Source: the human T2T-CHM13v2.0 reference genome, Homo sapiens. From it: 64,000 nt of DNA. The stretch lies in NCBI RefSeq assembly GCF_009914755.1, contig NC_060934.1; one strand, given 5' to 3'. The notes under the pieces are model-generated. The model had not been told where the DNA came from, ran no database searches, and saw only the letters and a program-made list of their open reading frames with translations. Made by a program: the position numbers and the translations under genes. Shown one piece after another: positions 13,391 through 27,244 of the stretch (its first letter is position 1; each line of letters opens with the position of its first letter).

Positions 13391-13856
13391 GTCTCAGCAG
13401 GTGGAGAGTCTGGGAGGGTTCTTGCTTGAGCAGATAGTGGCTCCTTCACGCTGGCGAGGCCACTGCCTAAGCTGCATTGGTGCTGGGAGTATCTTCACAC
13501 CCAGAAAGGCAGACCATTTCTCCACTGGTTACTTAACTTTCTCACCTTCCTCCTTAAATAGCCTGCGATTATTGTCTAAATTTCATAATGTTACATCTTC
13601 AGTGAATTTAAAAGTTCATGCTCTATTAGTATCAAGAATCCAGATAGAAATGCTTACACATTGCTGTGATTTCACCAAAACGCCAGGGCACTGGTCTCCC
13701 TTACTATCCATAGGTTTACTGTTTTTCCCTAATAACTTAGAATTTAAAAAACTATGCTAAAATTTGGGAACACCTGAATTTATTATATGTAACATATACA
13801 ATTCATCTTATAGTGGGAAGAAGCTGAAAATGAAATTAGCCAAAAGTCTTGTGTGA

Positions 13857-14002
13857 TTTTTTTTTTTTAATTAAAAAATTTTTTTTTGTGACAGGGTCTC
13901 ACTGTGTTGTCTAGGCTGGTCTCGAACTTCTAAGCTAAAGCAGTTGCTCACCTTTGCCTCCCAAAGTGCTAGGATTATAGGCTTGAGCCACCGCGCCTGG
14001 CC
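13857..14002 (-). mobile_element. FLAM/AluJ monomer
   Basis: Left-monomer consensus; TSD AAAAGTCTTGTGT(G/A)ATTT. Confidence 0.85.
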
Positions 14003-14149
14003 AAAAGTCTTGTGTAATTTAAAATTAATTTTAGTAGAATATCTTTTATTAAGCAGCTTTTGGTCAAAATGAAAATGAACTAAGCAGGTCTTTGGAGATG
14101 CAGGAACTCTGTGTGGAAGTCAAGCTAGAGTTTCCTGGGGCCTGTTGGT

Positions 14150-14570
14150 TTGTGGGCTGAGTGGAGAATAGTGAGGAGCTTCCTTGGGTATCTGGTCATG
14201 GAGGCTTCTCTGAGGTTAGTCAAGGCACCAGGAAGTGGTGGGGAGAGTTTCCAGTGAGCAGAGTGCCATAAGCAAAAACAAGGTGAGCTTGGCACACTTC
14301 AGGTGCTGAGATCAGAGTGACCAGAGTGCAGGTGAAATGTGGTGGCCCCGGGGGGCTGGGGTGACATGCAGGCACCGTCCCACCCAGAAGCTCTGGGGAA
14401 GAGTGTGGATTTCATCCTCTGCACCTGAAAGGGTGAAGATCAGAAGTGGGGAGACTGCCCAGTCATCCAGGTGAAGGATGTTGGTTGCCCGGGCTGTTGT
14501 TGGCAGTAGGATGGAGAAAGAGGATGGATTGAGATCTAAGGGTTAGAACAGGCAGTTCTTGCTGGAAAGA
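14150..14570 (-). mobile_element. Degenerate L2 fragment
   Basis: Purine-rich ggaggcttctctgagg..gtggatttcatcct..ggatggattgaga pattern. Confidence 0.45.
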
Positions 14571-14924
14571 AGTGTTCTTCATTCTACAGTTCAGAATAGG
14601 AAAGGTATTGACTGTGCAGGCATTTCTTAGTGTACTCAAAAGATGTTTCAAGCACTGACAACCTAAAATATATGATCAGGATTTTCCCCTTAAAGAGTTG
14701 ATGATGAGTTAGGAAATGTCAGTCACAACTTGGAGACACCATTATCTTAGCTAAGTTCATCTGTCACCCATGCTGATGAGCACCTTGCCCCCCCCCCACT
14801 CCACAGACTCTGCCTCCCTCTCACCTGGGCACCACGTCTACCTCTCACATGGATGCTGTCGGAGTGGTCATGCCCTGGTATGTGACACCCTGTCTAGGCA
14901 TGATTGATTGGGGGTGGGAGGGTC

Positions 14925-15107
14925 TCAGGCCTTCAGACTTGGCTTGGAACACCACCACTAGCTCTCTTGGGCCTGTAGTTTGCAGATGACAGACTGCAGG
15001 ACTTCTCAGCCTCCATAATCACATGAGCCAGTCCCTCATCACAAGTCTTTGTGTATCTATATACATCCTATTGGTTCTGTTTCTCTGGAGAACCCTGACT
15101 AATACAG
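14925..15107 (+). mobile_element. MLT2 (ERVL) LTR 3' part
   Basis: Ends in cctattggttctgtttctctggagaaccctgactaataca, the MLT2 terminus. Confidence 0.8.
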
Positions 15108-15149
15108 TGACCTATTTAGTTAATGGTTCTAGTACTGTTTGTTTTCCAC

Positions 15150-16561
<1,412 letters not shown>

Positions 16562-17439
16562 CTGAGTATTCATACTTTATAATACTTTACAATTAGAAGG
16601 AATTTTTTATACTATTCCTTCAGTGTACCTAATATTATATAATTAAAAGAGTAAGAAATTCTAAAGAGAAAGTGTGTGTTATTCCAAAGATGGATAAAGT
16701 GAGTGCTGACAAGATGGGGGATTTATACCAATATTTTTTGATAGCATCAGTTTTAAACTCATCATTGAAGAGCCATATTTTATTCACTTCACATATTAGT
16801 ACTTTTTCCATTTATAAACATGTAGTTTTATTATTCTAAGCTATCTGATATTCAGGCAGTGTGCACATTTCATAGGAGGAAACACAAAGCCAATTTTGCT
16901 CCAAGATAATGTCCTTGAGAAAATGGTCACTGAGGAAGTTGTTGAAAGGCAGTGTGTTACACTGTGTCAAAACTGGGCTGCTTTCAAATACATTTTAGAA
17001 ATCCCAGCTTTAAAGTAGGAAATGTAATAAGGACTTCATTTGCCAGGTGTGATCATAAAACAATAAAAGTAGTTTTCTAATGTTGCTCATAAACTGGGAC
17101 TGAAAATCATTTCAAATCCAGGAGACAGTCCAAAAATGGTTATTGAGCAATGGCCACATATTGGAATAAAAATTTTTATTTTCAGTCTGTGTTTTGGGAA
17201 AACAGCATTTCATTGCATAGGTGGATAAGTTCTAGAATATTGGCTAAACATATAATCATTTTCTATAATGCATATGCATTACAAAAGTTTTCTAGCTCCT
17301 GAAGTATTATGGAGTTTTCTAGCTCCATAATACAAAAATGTTCTACTGATAAACGTTATTTTCTTTCTTTTTCAGTAATAAAATTAATTGTATATGTTCT
17401 CTGACCACTCCCTGTCTGAAGGAGCTAATTTTAGTTTTC

Positions 17440-18025
17440 CTCTCTTTTGAAACAGCTTTGTTCTGGTATTCTGGTGTAACAGACAACACACCAGACATAT
17501 TTAAGGTATAAAACGTGATTTCCTTTGACAGGCATTTACCATGAAATCATCCCCACAATCGAAATCATGCACAATCCCCCAAGGAAGTCACCCGGGCCCT
17601 TCCGTGTTCCCTGCACTGCCCCTCCTCACCCCCACTCCACCCTTGGGGAAGCACTGGTCTACCTTCTGTCACTAGAGATTAATTTGCATTTTCTATAATT
17701 TTGTATAAATGCAGTTATACAGTATGTATTTTTTGGTTTCTTTCACTTAGAAAAATTATTTTGAAAGATTAATTTTATTGCATATCCCAATCTATTTCTT
17801 CTCATTGTGAGTAGGATTTTGTCGTGTGGATAAACCACATTCATCTGTTTACCTGCCGATGGACATTTAGATTGTTTCCAGTTTTTGGCTATTTCAAATA
17901 AAGCTGGTATGAACACTTGTGTGCAAGTCTCTGTGGTGACATGTTTTCATTCTCCTGGGCGAATTCCTGTAAATGCTGATTTTGAACTTTGAGAGCCTGC
18001 CATACCTTTCCCAGTGTGACCATTC
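17440..18025 (-). mobile_element. Old L1M 3' end
   Basis: ggacatttagattgtttccagtttttggctatt..aataaagctg consensus. Confidence 0.75.
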
Positions 18026-18029
18026 TAGA

Positions 18030-19830
18030 GACCTCTGGTTTCCATTCCAACATGTGAAAGAGCTTGGAAGTCGTTTCTCTCTCCCTCACCATAAAAAGGC
18101 AAAAACCAGAAAACAGTGATTTTTCTTAGATCACAACAGAGAGTTGTGGTCACAGGGCAAACTGGTGACCCAAAACCGGAGAAACAGGCAGATACAGAGA
18201 ATGATGGCTTCCGGAAGAGCAGCTGCTGCAGCCAGAAATGGCTCGGGACCCCACATGGGGCCATGGAGGCATTGACAGAGGCTGGGGCTGGCTGCGGACG
18301 GAGGGCTCCCAGATGTCTGGTCTGCTGGCTGCCTCAGTTTCATGGGTTCTCTTTCCAGGAGCACCACCAAGTTCCTATGGTGAAGACGGGAGAAGGACCC
18401 CCTCCTGTGTGGTGAGGGGAGGGAAGGTGACTGTGGATTCAGCTAGCGCTTTCTCCCTACAGACCCACTCTGCAAGGGCAAGGCCTTCACCAGCACATCT
18501 GACCTGGGGGGAGGGAAAATCACTCGGCTCCAGCCTCTTAGCCTTCCTGTCTCAGGGGGCAGTACCTTGAGGATCATTTGTGAAGGTCACAGCCACAGAC
18601 GTGTGCAGGCCCCCTGAAAACACAAGACCAAATCATGGGACTACAGACCCCTCCCCTCCCCTTTCCCTCCCCTGCCTTCCTTTTTCCTCCCCTCCCCTTC
18701 CCTCCCCTTCCCTTTCCCTCCCCTCCCCTCCCCTCTTCTACCTGGCCTCACAACTACACAGCTCCTGAATAAGGACAGTCAAGGGGGCCACAGCTCTGAC
18801 TCTACTTAAGAAGGAGTTTCAAGGGAAATCAAGACAACAGGGGAGGCAAAAGCAAAGACACCAGAGGAGATTGGAGCCTTGCAGCTACAGCAGACAATGA
18901 GCCCAGCCTCCCTCCTAGACAGAGGCATAAAACCTCACACCAAAGGCCTGCTTACCTCAGTGCCTTCTGCTGAATACATCATGTTTAGCTTTCAGCTGAA
19001 GATGAGAAGGCATGCCAAAAGTCAAAACACAAGAGACAAAATATCAGAGCAGACTCAGATATGGCAGAGACACTAGAATTAGCAGACACGAATTTAAAAA
19101 CACCTATGATGAGTATGCCAAGGGCTCAAGTGGGAAAAGTGAACAACAAGCAAGAACAGTTGGGTAATGTAGGCAGATAAATGGAAATCCTAAGAATAAA
19201 AATACTAGAAATAGAAAACACTGTAATAGAAATGGAGAATGCTTTTGATTGGCTCTTAGCAGACTACACATGGCTGAGAAAAGCATCAGTGAACTTCAAG
19301 ACAGGTCAATAGAAACCACTCAAACTGAAAAGCAAAGTGAAAAAAGAATGAAAAAGGCAGAATGGTATCCAAGATTTGTGGCACAATCACAAAAGATAAA
19401 ATATGTGTGTTTGGGAATACCAGGAGGAGAAAGAGAAAGGATGAGGTGAAAGATGTAAAGTAATAGTTGAAACCTTTACAAAATTAATAGGAAAAACCAG
19501 ACTACAAATCAAGAAAGCTCAGGGAATAAATACCAAACAGATAAATACCAAGAGACTTGGTCAACACTTAGGCACATTATATTCAAACTGCAGAAAACCA
19601 AAGACAAAAAGAAAATCTTGAAAGAATTCAGGGCAAAAATACTTTATCTATGGAGGAACGATAATAATAATGACATCAGATGTCAGGAACCAATGCAACT
19701 AAGAAGAGAATAGAGTGAAATGTTTAAAGTCTGGAAAGAAACGACCATCAATAAAGAATTTTGTGTCCAGAGAATTGTCCTGCAAAAGTGAGGGAGAAAT
19801 AGTTTCCGAGACAAAAACAGAGGAAACATG
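18030..19830 (+). mobile_element. Old L1M 5'UTR plus decayed ORF1
   Basis: ORF 19249-19449 (SRLHMAEKSISELQDRSIE) resembles the ORF1p coiled coil; gcacattatattcaaactgcagaaaaccaaagacaaa is ORF1-like; includes a (CCCT)n tract at 18650-18735. Confidence 0.75.
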
Positions 19831-19869
19831 TGCATTTATCTGTATCCTGCAGTTTGAAAAAAATTTACC

Positions 19870-21000
19870 AGTTAGTTATAATTACTTTTAGTACAAGTTC
19901 TGTCAGATTTTGTACCTTGGGATAGTAGCAGTTGGTTTATTTTCTTACTTTGATGTACTGTGATGGTGAGAACCCTTACTACAATGTATGACCAAAGTGG
20001 GGAAGGTGAACTCCATGTTGTTCCTGATCTGAAAGAGAAAGCACTCAGTATATCACCATTAATTAGGATATTAGCTCTATGTTTTCCACAGATGTTCATC
20101 AAGTTGAAGGAGTTCTCTTCACTGATTGCTGAAGAGTTATTAACAGAAAGGGATGTAGGATATTTTTTCCGATTTTTTTGGTGTTTATTGAGATAGCCAT
20201 GTTGTTTTTCTTTTATAGGTTGTTAATATGATTTATATTAATGGATTTATGAATGTTAACCTTGCATTTTTGAAGATAAACCCAGTTTTGTCATACTGTA
20301 CTATTTTTTATATTGTTGCATTTGATTTACAATTATTTTGTTAAGGATTTTTGTGTCTATGTTCATGAGAGAGACTGGGCTGCAGTTTTCTTCTGAAGTC
20401 TCTGTCTGATTTTAGTATCAGCGTAATGCAGGCCTCATAGAGTTGGAAAGCTTTCCCTATTCTTCAGTTTTCTGAAAGAGTTTGTGTAGAATTGGTATTA
20501 TTTTTACCTTAAATGTTTGGTAGAATTCATGAGTGAAGCAATATGGATATGGAGTTTTCTTTGTGAAAAGGTTTTAAACTATAAGTTAAATGTATTAGAT
20601 GTGGGGATATTCAGGTTATTGATTTCTACTTGAGTTAAATGTTGACAGCTTATGTTTTTCAAGGAATTCTTTCATTTCACCTAAACTATTGAATTTATTG
20701 GCATAAAGTTGTTCATATTATTCCATTCTCATCCTTTAATATCTGTAGAATCTATAATAATGTCACCTCTCTCATTCCTGATATTGGTAATTATGTCTTC
20801 CTTTGTTTCCTGATTAATCTGGCTGAAGGTCTATCAATTTGATTGATACTGTTAATGAACAAAATGTTGGTTCATTGATTTTTCTATTTCGTTTGGTATT
20901 TTATTGTTTTCTGCCCTGATTTTTATTATTTCCTTTCTTCTCATTACTTTTGAGTTTACTTTGTTCTTCTTTTTTCACTTAAGGTGGAAGCTGAGATCTT
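19870..21000 (-). mobile_element. L1 ORF2 fragment
   Basis: ORF 19872-20102 (ANILINGDILSAFSFRSGT) matches the L1 RT region ANIILNGEKLKAFPLRSGT. Confidence 0.8.
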
Positions 21001-22339
21001 TGATTTAAATCGAAGTTTCAAAATTACATTTCCATATCTAACTGCATAGTTGGGAACTTTTAAAATAGGTGACACATTGTGTGTTTTTTTTGTTTGTTTT
21101 TTGGTTGTTGTTATTGTTGCTATTGTTTTTAAGTGAAAACATTAGGAAAAATAGTCACAAAAACATAAAAGTCATCTTTACCAGAATGAAACCATGTTTC
21201 ATAGCCCTTTATCTTTATGAAACATTGTACAGTTACTTTACAGTTATTTTCTGTTTTTTTTTCTCAAGAATGGAATGTGTATTTTTCAAATGTAAAATTG
21301 AACTTAAATTTAAAACATCATAATCTGGAGTGGTTGAAATGTGCCTCTGTTTGGGAAATGCAGGGGGATGATTAATTATCCTAATTCAGTGCCATCAGAT
21401 GCAGCCGTGGGTGCTCAGACAGCTCCTATGTCAGGCTTCCCTTTTCCAGCCCATTTGAAAAAAGAGAATGGGGCTGGGTGGTGCGGGGCTTGGTACCTTT
21501 CCATGAGGCCAGGGTGTCCTGGTGGCAAGGCTCTCAGCAAACCTCTCCTCCCAGCCACCACAGATTTTCTTCTCTTTCGTGCCTTTCTGCTGTTGCTGTC
21601 TGTCCCAGGCCACATGCTGTCCTCAGCAACGGAATCATTTAACGACGCTCCCAGCCTCTGGCTTTACATTTCTCTCCTTGTAGATAAGTTTGTTTATGAA
21701 AGGTGTTATTTTCTTACCAACAGCTAAGATGTCTTGAGGGACTGATTAATGATATTCCTTGCCCAAACTAAAACAGGCTGAAGCAGCGTTGTGCTTCCAT
21801 TTCTTTCTTTCTTTTCATTTTTTAGCTGAAGTCTTGTGCTTGCGTTGTTACTTTTAGCTTCACTGCATGGTTTTGCAGCATCTTTTGAAGTCACATATGG
21901 ACTTGAGCCCACTGAACAAGGGAGGACCACACTGTTGCCCTTTCTGGGTTAGGCCCCTCCAGCAGGCACTGAAGGTATCTCCAGTTCTTGCATAGCTACT
22001 TCAGGAAAGGGTGAAATGCCGACCGTGGGCGACACAGCAGGCCTGCAATAGAGATTGCCCAGGAATTGTCAGTATCCACTGTAAGGAACTCACTCCATGT
22101 TTGATGTATTTGGGAAGCAGTATGTATTTCCTGTTAATTTTCTAGTTCGTGGTTATGTTCTGTATTTCAAAGATTTCCAAATGTGCCAGGAAAGAGGAAC
22201 CCCACAATATTCCATCCAAGTAACGACTGCCTGTGGGATGAAGAATCCATTTAAAATGGTGTCTCTTCCAGTAGCTCTGTAAATGACTGGATGCTCTGGA
22301 GAGTGGGTTCAACGCTGTCAGAAAACAGTGCATGACTAG

Positions 22340-22580
22340 CGCAGCCCTCCTGAGTGAGCGACTGGTGGGGACTGTGGCAATTCTCCTGAGTGAGTGACCG
22401 GAGAGGCCCGGGCAGCTCTCCTGAGTGAGCAACTGGAGGGTCCCGGGCAGCTCTCCTGAGTTAATGACCAGAGGGGCCGGGGCAGCTCTCCAGAGTAAGC
22501 GACTGGTGGGACCGTGGCAATTCTCCTGAGTGAGCGACTGGTGGGGCTGGGGCAGCTCTCCTGAATGAGTGGCCAGTGAG
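22340..22580. repeat. ~36-bp minisatellite (CTCCTGAGTGAGCGACTGG...), ~7 units
   Basis: Direct reading. Confidence 0.9.
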
Positions 22581-23946
22581 GCGATCCTCCCTGCTGATTT
22601 TGTAAGGAAAGAGCCTTACCAGACCCCAAAGACCACTCCCAAGGGTGCCTTCAGACATAGTCTCTGTTATTTTTTTAAACTAATATTTAAATGTTACCAA
22701 CATTTATGAAGCAAAAGGTTTAAAATTCAGATTTTTGACTTTTCTTGCAAATATTAGAATACCAGACAAAACTGGGCCAGCATCTCCACATTGCAACTGG
22801 TGGAGCTGCAGAGGGGCCACCCTGTCTAGTTACCTGAGCCAGGACCAGGTCAGCACCATCCTTAACCGCCGGAACTCTTGCAGGAATTTGAATTTGCACC
22901 CTATGAAATGCATGCTGGCCACTTTCTAAATTTTCTCTTTGAGCCAACTTCTGTGCAGATCCCCAGACTCTGCCACCTGGATGGCATGGATGTCCTGGAT
23001 GGCAGAAACTCATGATATCAACATTTATTTTTCCACAGCATTTTATTATGAAAATTTTCAAACCTACAGAAAAACTGAAAGATTTTTTTTCAGTGAAAGC
23101 CCATATTTCCACCACTTAACTTTATGATTAACATTTTACACTCCTGTTTTATCACATATTCGTCTATTCTCTATCCCTCTACCAAACCATTTTATCTTTA
23201 GATGTTAGTTTTTAGGGCAATTTTAGGCTTACAGCAAAGTTGAGCAGAAAATGCACAGTTGTTGCATATCCCTCTGCCCCCACACATGCGTGGCCTCCTC
23301 CACTGTCAGCATCCCCCACCAGAGGGTGCACTCATTACAATTGAAGAGTCAGCATTGTCACATCATTATCACCCCAAATCCACAGTTTACATTAGGGTTC
23401 ACTCTCGGTTTTGGACATTCTATGGGTTTGGACAAATGTATAATGACATGGATCCATCATTTTAGTATCATGCACAGTAGTGCTGCTGCTCCAAAGAAAC
23501 CTCTGTGCTCCACCTATTCATCCCTCCCTCTCCTCAGCCTTGGCAGCCACTGATTTTTTTAAAAATTACCTTCACTTATAGTTTTGCCTTCAGAATGTCA
23601 GAGTTGGAATCCTACAGCATGTAGCCTTTTCATATTGGCTTCTTTCACTTAGCAATAAGCATTTAAGGTTCCTGCATGTCTTTTCATGGGTTGGTAACTC
23701 ATTTCTTTTTGCTACTGAATCATATTCCATTGTCTGGATGTCCCAGAGTTTATCCATTCACCCACTGAAGGACATCTTGGTTGCTTCCAAGTTTTGGCAA
23801 TTATGAATAAAAATGTTATAAACATCTGTGTGCAAGTCTTTGTGTAGACATAAATTTTCAACTTCTTTGGGTAAATACCAAGAACAGCAACTTTTGGATC
23901 ATATGGTAAAAGTATGTTTAGTTTTTTAAGAAATTGCCATACTACC

Positions 23947-24303
23947 AGATATGGTTTGGCTGTGTCCTTACCTGAATGTCATCTTGAATTGTAACTCCCA
24001 CAATTCCCACGTTTTGTGGGAGGAACCTGGAGGGAGGTGATTGAATTACGGGGGTGGGTCTTTCCTGCACTGTTCTCGTCATAGTGAATGAGTCTCAAGA
24101 GATCTGATGGTTTTAAAAAGAGGAGTTCCCCCTGCACAAACTCTCTCTTTGCCCACCACTATCCATGTAAGACTTGCTCCTCCTTGCGTTCTGTTATGAT
24201 TGTGAGGTCTCCCCAGCTTTGTGGCACTGTAAGTCCATTAAACCTCTTTTTCTTCCCAGTCTTGGGTATGTCTTTATCAGCAGCGTGAAAACGGACTAAT
24301 AAG
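23947..24303 (+). mobile_element. THE1 (MaLR) solo LTR
   Basis: gatatggtttggctgtgtcc...tctttatcagcagcgtgaaaacggactaata; 357 bp; 5-bp TSD CTACC (23942-23946 / 24304-24308). Confidence 0.92.
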
Positions 24304-24585
24304 CTACCTTTCAAAGTAGCTGCACCATTTTGCTCTCCCACCAGAAGCGAATGAAGGATCCCGTTGCTCCATATCCTTGCCAGCATTTGGTATTGTCAGT
24401 ATTTTGGATTTTGGCCATTGTAATAGGTGTATGGTAGTATCTCATTATCGCATTGTTGTTTTAATTTACAATTCCTTAATGACATATGTTGATGAGTATC
24501 TTTTCATGTGCTTACTTGCCATCTGTATATCTTCTCTGGTGAAGTGTCTGTTCAGACCTTTGGCCCATTTTTAAGTTGGGTTATT

Positions 24586-24720
24586 TTCTTTTCTTTTTTT
24601 TTTTTGAGACAGAGTCTCGCTCTGTCACCCAGGCTGGAGTGCACTGGCACGGTCTTGGCTCACTGCAAGCTCCGCCTCCCAGGTTCATGCTGTCCTCCTG
24701 CCTCAGCCTCCCGAGTAGCT
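24586..24720 (-). mobile_element. 5'-truncated AluY (right arm)
   Basis: ctcactgcaagctccgcctcc diagnostic; L1 resumes immediately after. Confidence 0.88.
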
Positions 24721-25798
24721 TATTATTGAGTTTTAAGAGTTCTTTGTATATTTTGGATAACAGTCCTTTATCAAACGTGTCTTTTGCAAGTACTTTCTCC
24801 TATCCTGTGGCTGGCTCCAGGATCTGTAGTGATATCCTCTATTTTGTAATTTTGGTGATTTGTACCTTCTGTTTATCTTTGTCAGCCTAGCTAGAGGTCT
24901 ATCAATTTTATTGATTTCCTTTTGGGGGTGTGGGGATGGAGAAGTAGCTTTTTGTCTCATTGATTTTCTCTCTTGTTTTCCTTTTAAGTTTAATTAATTT
25001 CAATTTTTATCTTTGTTATTTCCCCTTTCTGCTTGTTTTGGATTTACTTTGCCTTTTCTAATTTCTTGAGGTAAGAACTTAAATGATTGATTTCTTTCTT
25101 CTTTTCTAATATAAATGTTATGTGCTATAAATTTCCCTGTTGGAATTGCTTTAGTGATATCCCACACATTTTGGTGTGTTTATTTTAATTTGTATCCAGT
25201 TCCATGCATTTTAAATTTCTTTTAAAACTTTCCATTTGACGTATGGTTCATTTAGAAGTATGTTGTTAATTTCAAGCACTTGGATGTTTTCCTGTTCTTT
25301 CTGCTATTGATTCTAATTCTGCTATTCGTTTGTTCCACTGTGGTCAGAGAACATACTGCATGATTTCAATTATTTAACATTTCCCAAGTTTTGCTTTTAT
25401 GGCCCAGGATATGTTCTATTTTGTTACAAGTTTGATGAGTGCATACAAAGAATCTGTATTCTGCTGTCATTGGATGGAGTCTTCTGTAAAATTCAATAGA
25501 TCTCATTGGTCAATATTGCTTTCTTTTATATTTTTGATGAATTTTTCTTGTACTATAAATTGTTGAGAGTGGGGTGATGAAATTCTCAGTATAATTGTGG
25601 ATTTGTCTATTTATTCTTTCAACCTTGTTTTGCTTCATGTATTTTGAAGCTCTGTCATTTGGTGCATACATATTTAGGATCATTATGTCTTCTCATTTAT
25701 CCTTTTATCATCATGTAATGTCCCACTTTATCCCTAGTAATTTTATTTGCCCTGAAGTCTACATTTTTTTGATATTAATATAGCTACTCTGGCTTTAA

Positions 25799-25985
25799 AT
25801 TTTTATTTATTTTATTTTATTTTATTTTATTCTATATTTTGAAACAGTGTCTCTCTCTGTCACCCAGGCTGGAGTGCAGTGGTACGATCATGGCTCACTA
25901 CAGCCTTGAACCCCTGGCTCAAGCAATCCTCTTGCCTCAGTCTCCCTAGTAACTGGGACTACAGGCATGTGCCACCATACTTGGC
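25799..25985 (-). mobile_element. AluJ right arm with (TTTTA)n tail
   Basis: Consensus match. Confidence 0.85.
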
Positions 25986-26958
25986 TTGCTTTTTTAAATT
26001 AATGTTTGCATGATATATCTTTTTCCATCCTTATCCTTTTTGTTTCAAGTTAAGAAAAAAGATAAGGGTGTCTGAAGTGAGTTTCTTGTAGGCAGCATAT
26101 AGTTGGGTCAGGTTTTTAAAAAATTCATCCTGCCAGTTGCTGACTTTTAATTGCTATATTTAGACTAATTACATTTAAAGTAATCATTGATATGTTAGGA
26201 CTTAAGACTGTTGTCTATTTGTTTCCTTTATCATTTCTGTTTTCTTGCCTTATATGTTATTTGGACTTTTTTTTACAATTCCATTTTGATTTATTTATAG
26301 TGTTTATGAGTATACTGCTTCATATAATTTCTATTAGTTGCTTTAAGTATTACAATATACATACACAACATCACAATCTACTGGTATCAGTATCTGTCTT
26401 AGCACTTTGAGTGAAATGTACAAAACTTACTTTCAATTAGTTCAATTTGTTCTTTCTACTTTTAAAATATTGTCATGAGTATTGCTCTGACAATAAAATT
26501 GTCTCAAGTATTTGCTCTGCATACATCAACCACATCGGATGGTTTTCTCATTTTTGCTTCAACCATCAAATATGATTTTAAAAACTCATGAGGAAAAGAA
26601 TAATGTGTCCTATTTATCCCTATTTTTACCTATTTATATGTTCTTCCTTCTTTTCTGAGGTCCCAAGTCTCCTCTTACTCTAATTTCCTTTCTGTTTGGA
26701 GAGCTTCCTTTAGCCACATTTTAAGTATAGGTCTACTAGCAACACATCCCTTTATATATTTTCATCTGTAAACATCTTTATTCCTCCCTCATTCCTGAGG
26801 GATATTTTTGCTGGATATAAAATTTAGGGTTGACAATCCTTTTAGCACTTGAAAACTGCTGTACCACCTTCTATTGGCCTCCATGGTTTCAGATTAGAAA
26901 TCTGCTATATTTGAGTAGGTTTTCCACTGTTGGTAATATGCTGCTTCTTCTTGGCAGC

Positions 26959-27244
26959 TTTTTTTTTTCTTTTTCTTTTTTTGAGACGGAGTCGCGCTGT
27001 GTTGCCCAGGCTGGAGTGCAGTGGCATATCTTCGCTCACTGTAAGCTCTGCCTCCCAGGTTCACATCATTCTCCTGCCTCAGCCTCCCGCGTAGCTGGGA
27101 CTACAGGTGCCTGCCACCATGCCCGGCTAATTTTTTGTATTTTTTTAGTAGAGACGGGGTTTCACCATGTTAGCCAGGATGGTCTCGATCTCCTGACCTC
27201 GTGATCGACCCACCTTGGCCTCCCAGAGTGCTGGGATTACAGGC
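26959..27244 (-). mobile_element. AluY
   Basis: ttagccaggatggtctcgatctcctgacctcgtg; TSD CTTGGCAGCTTTT. Confidence 0.93.

Noticed and set aside
13059-13760. 233-aa Leu/Arg/Trp-rich ORF
   Set aside because: GTG start; open because of the hexamer repeat; no homology or splice support.
21194-21225. 10-bp perfect hairpin ATGTTTCATA / TATGAAACAT
   Set aside because: Too short and AT-rich for a miRNA or structured RNA call; no supporting context.
24205-24225. PRDM9 hotspot motif position within the THE1 LTR
   Set aside because: Reads GTCTCCCCAGCTTTG, which does not match CCTCCCTNNCCAC.
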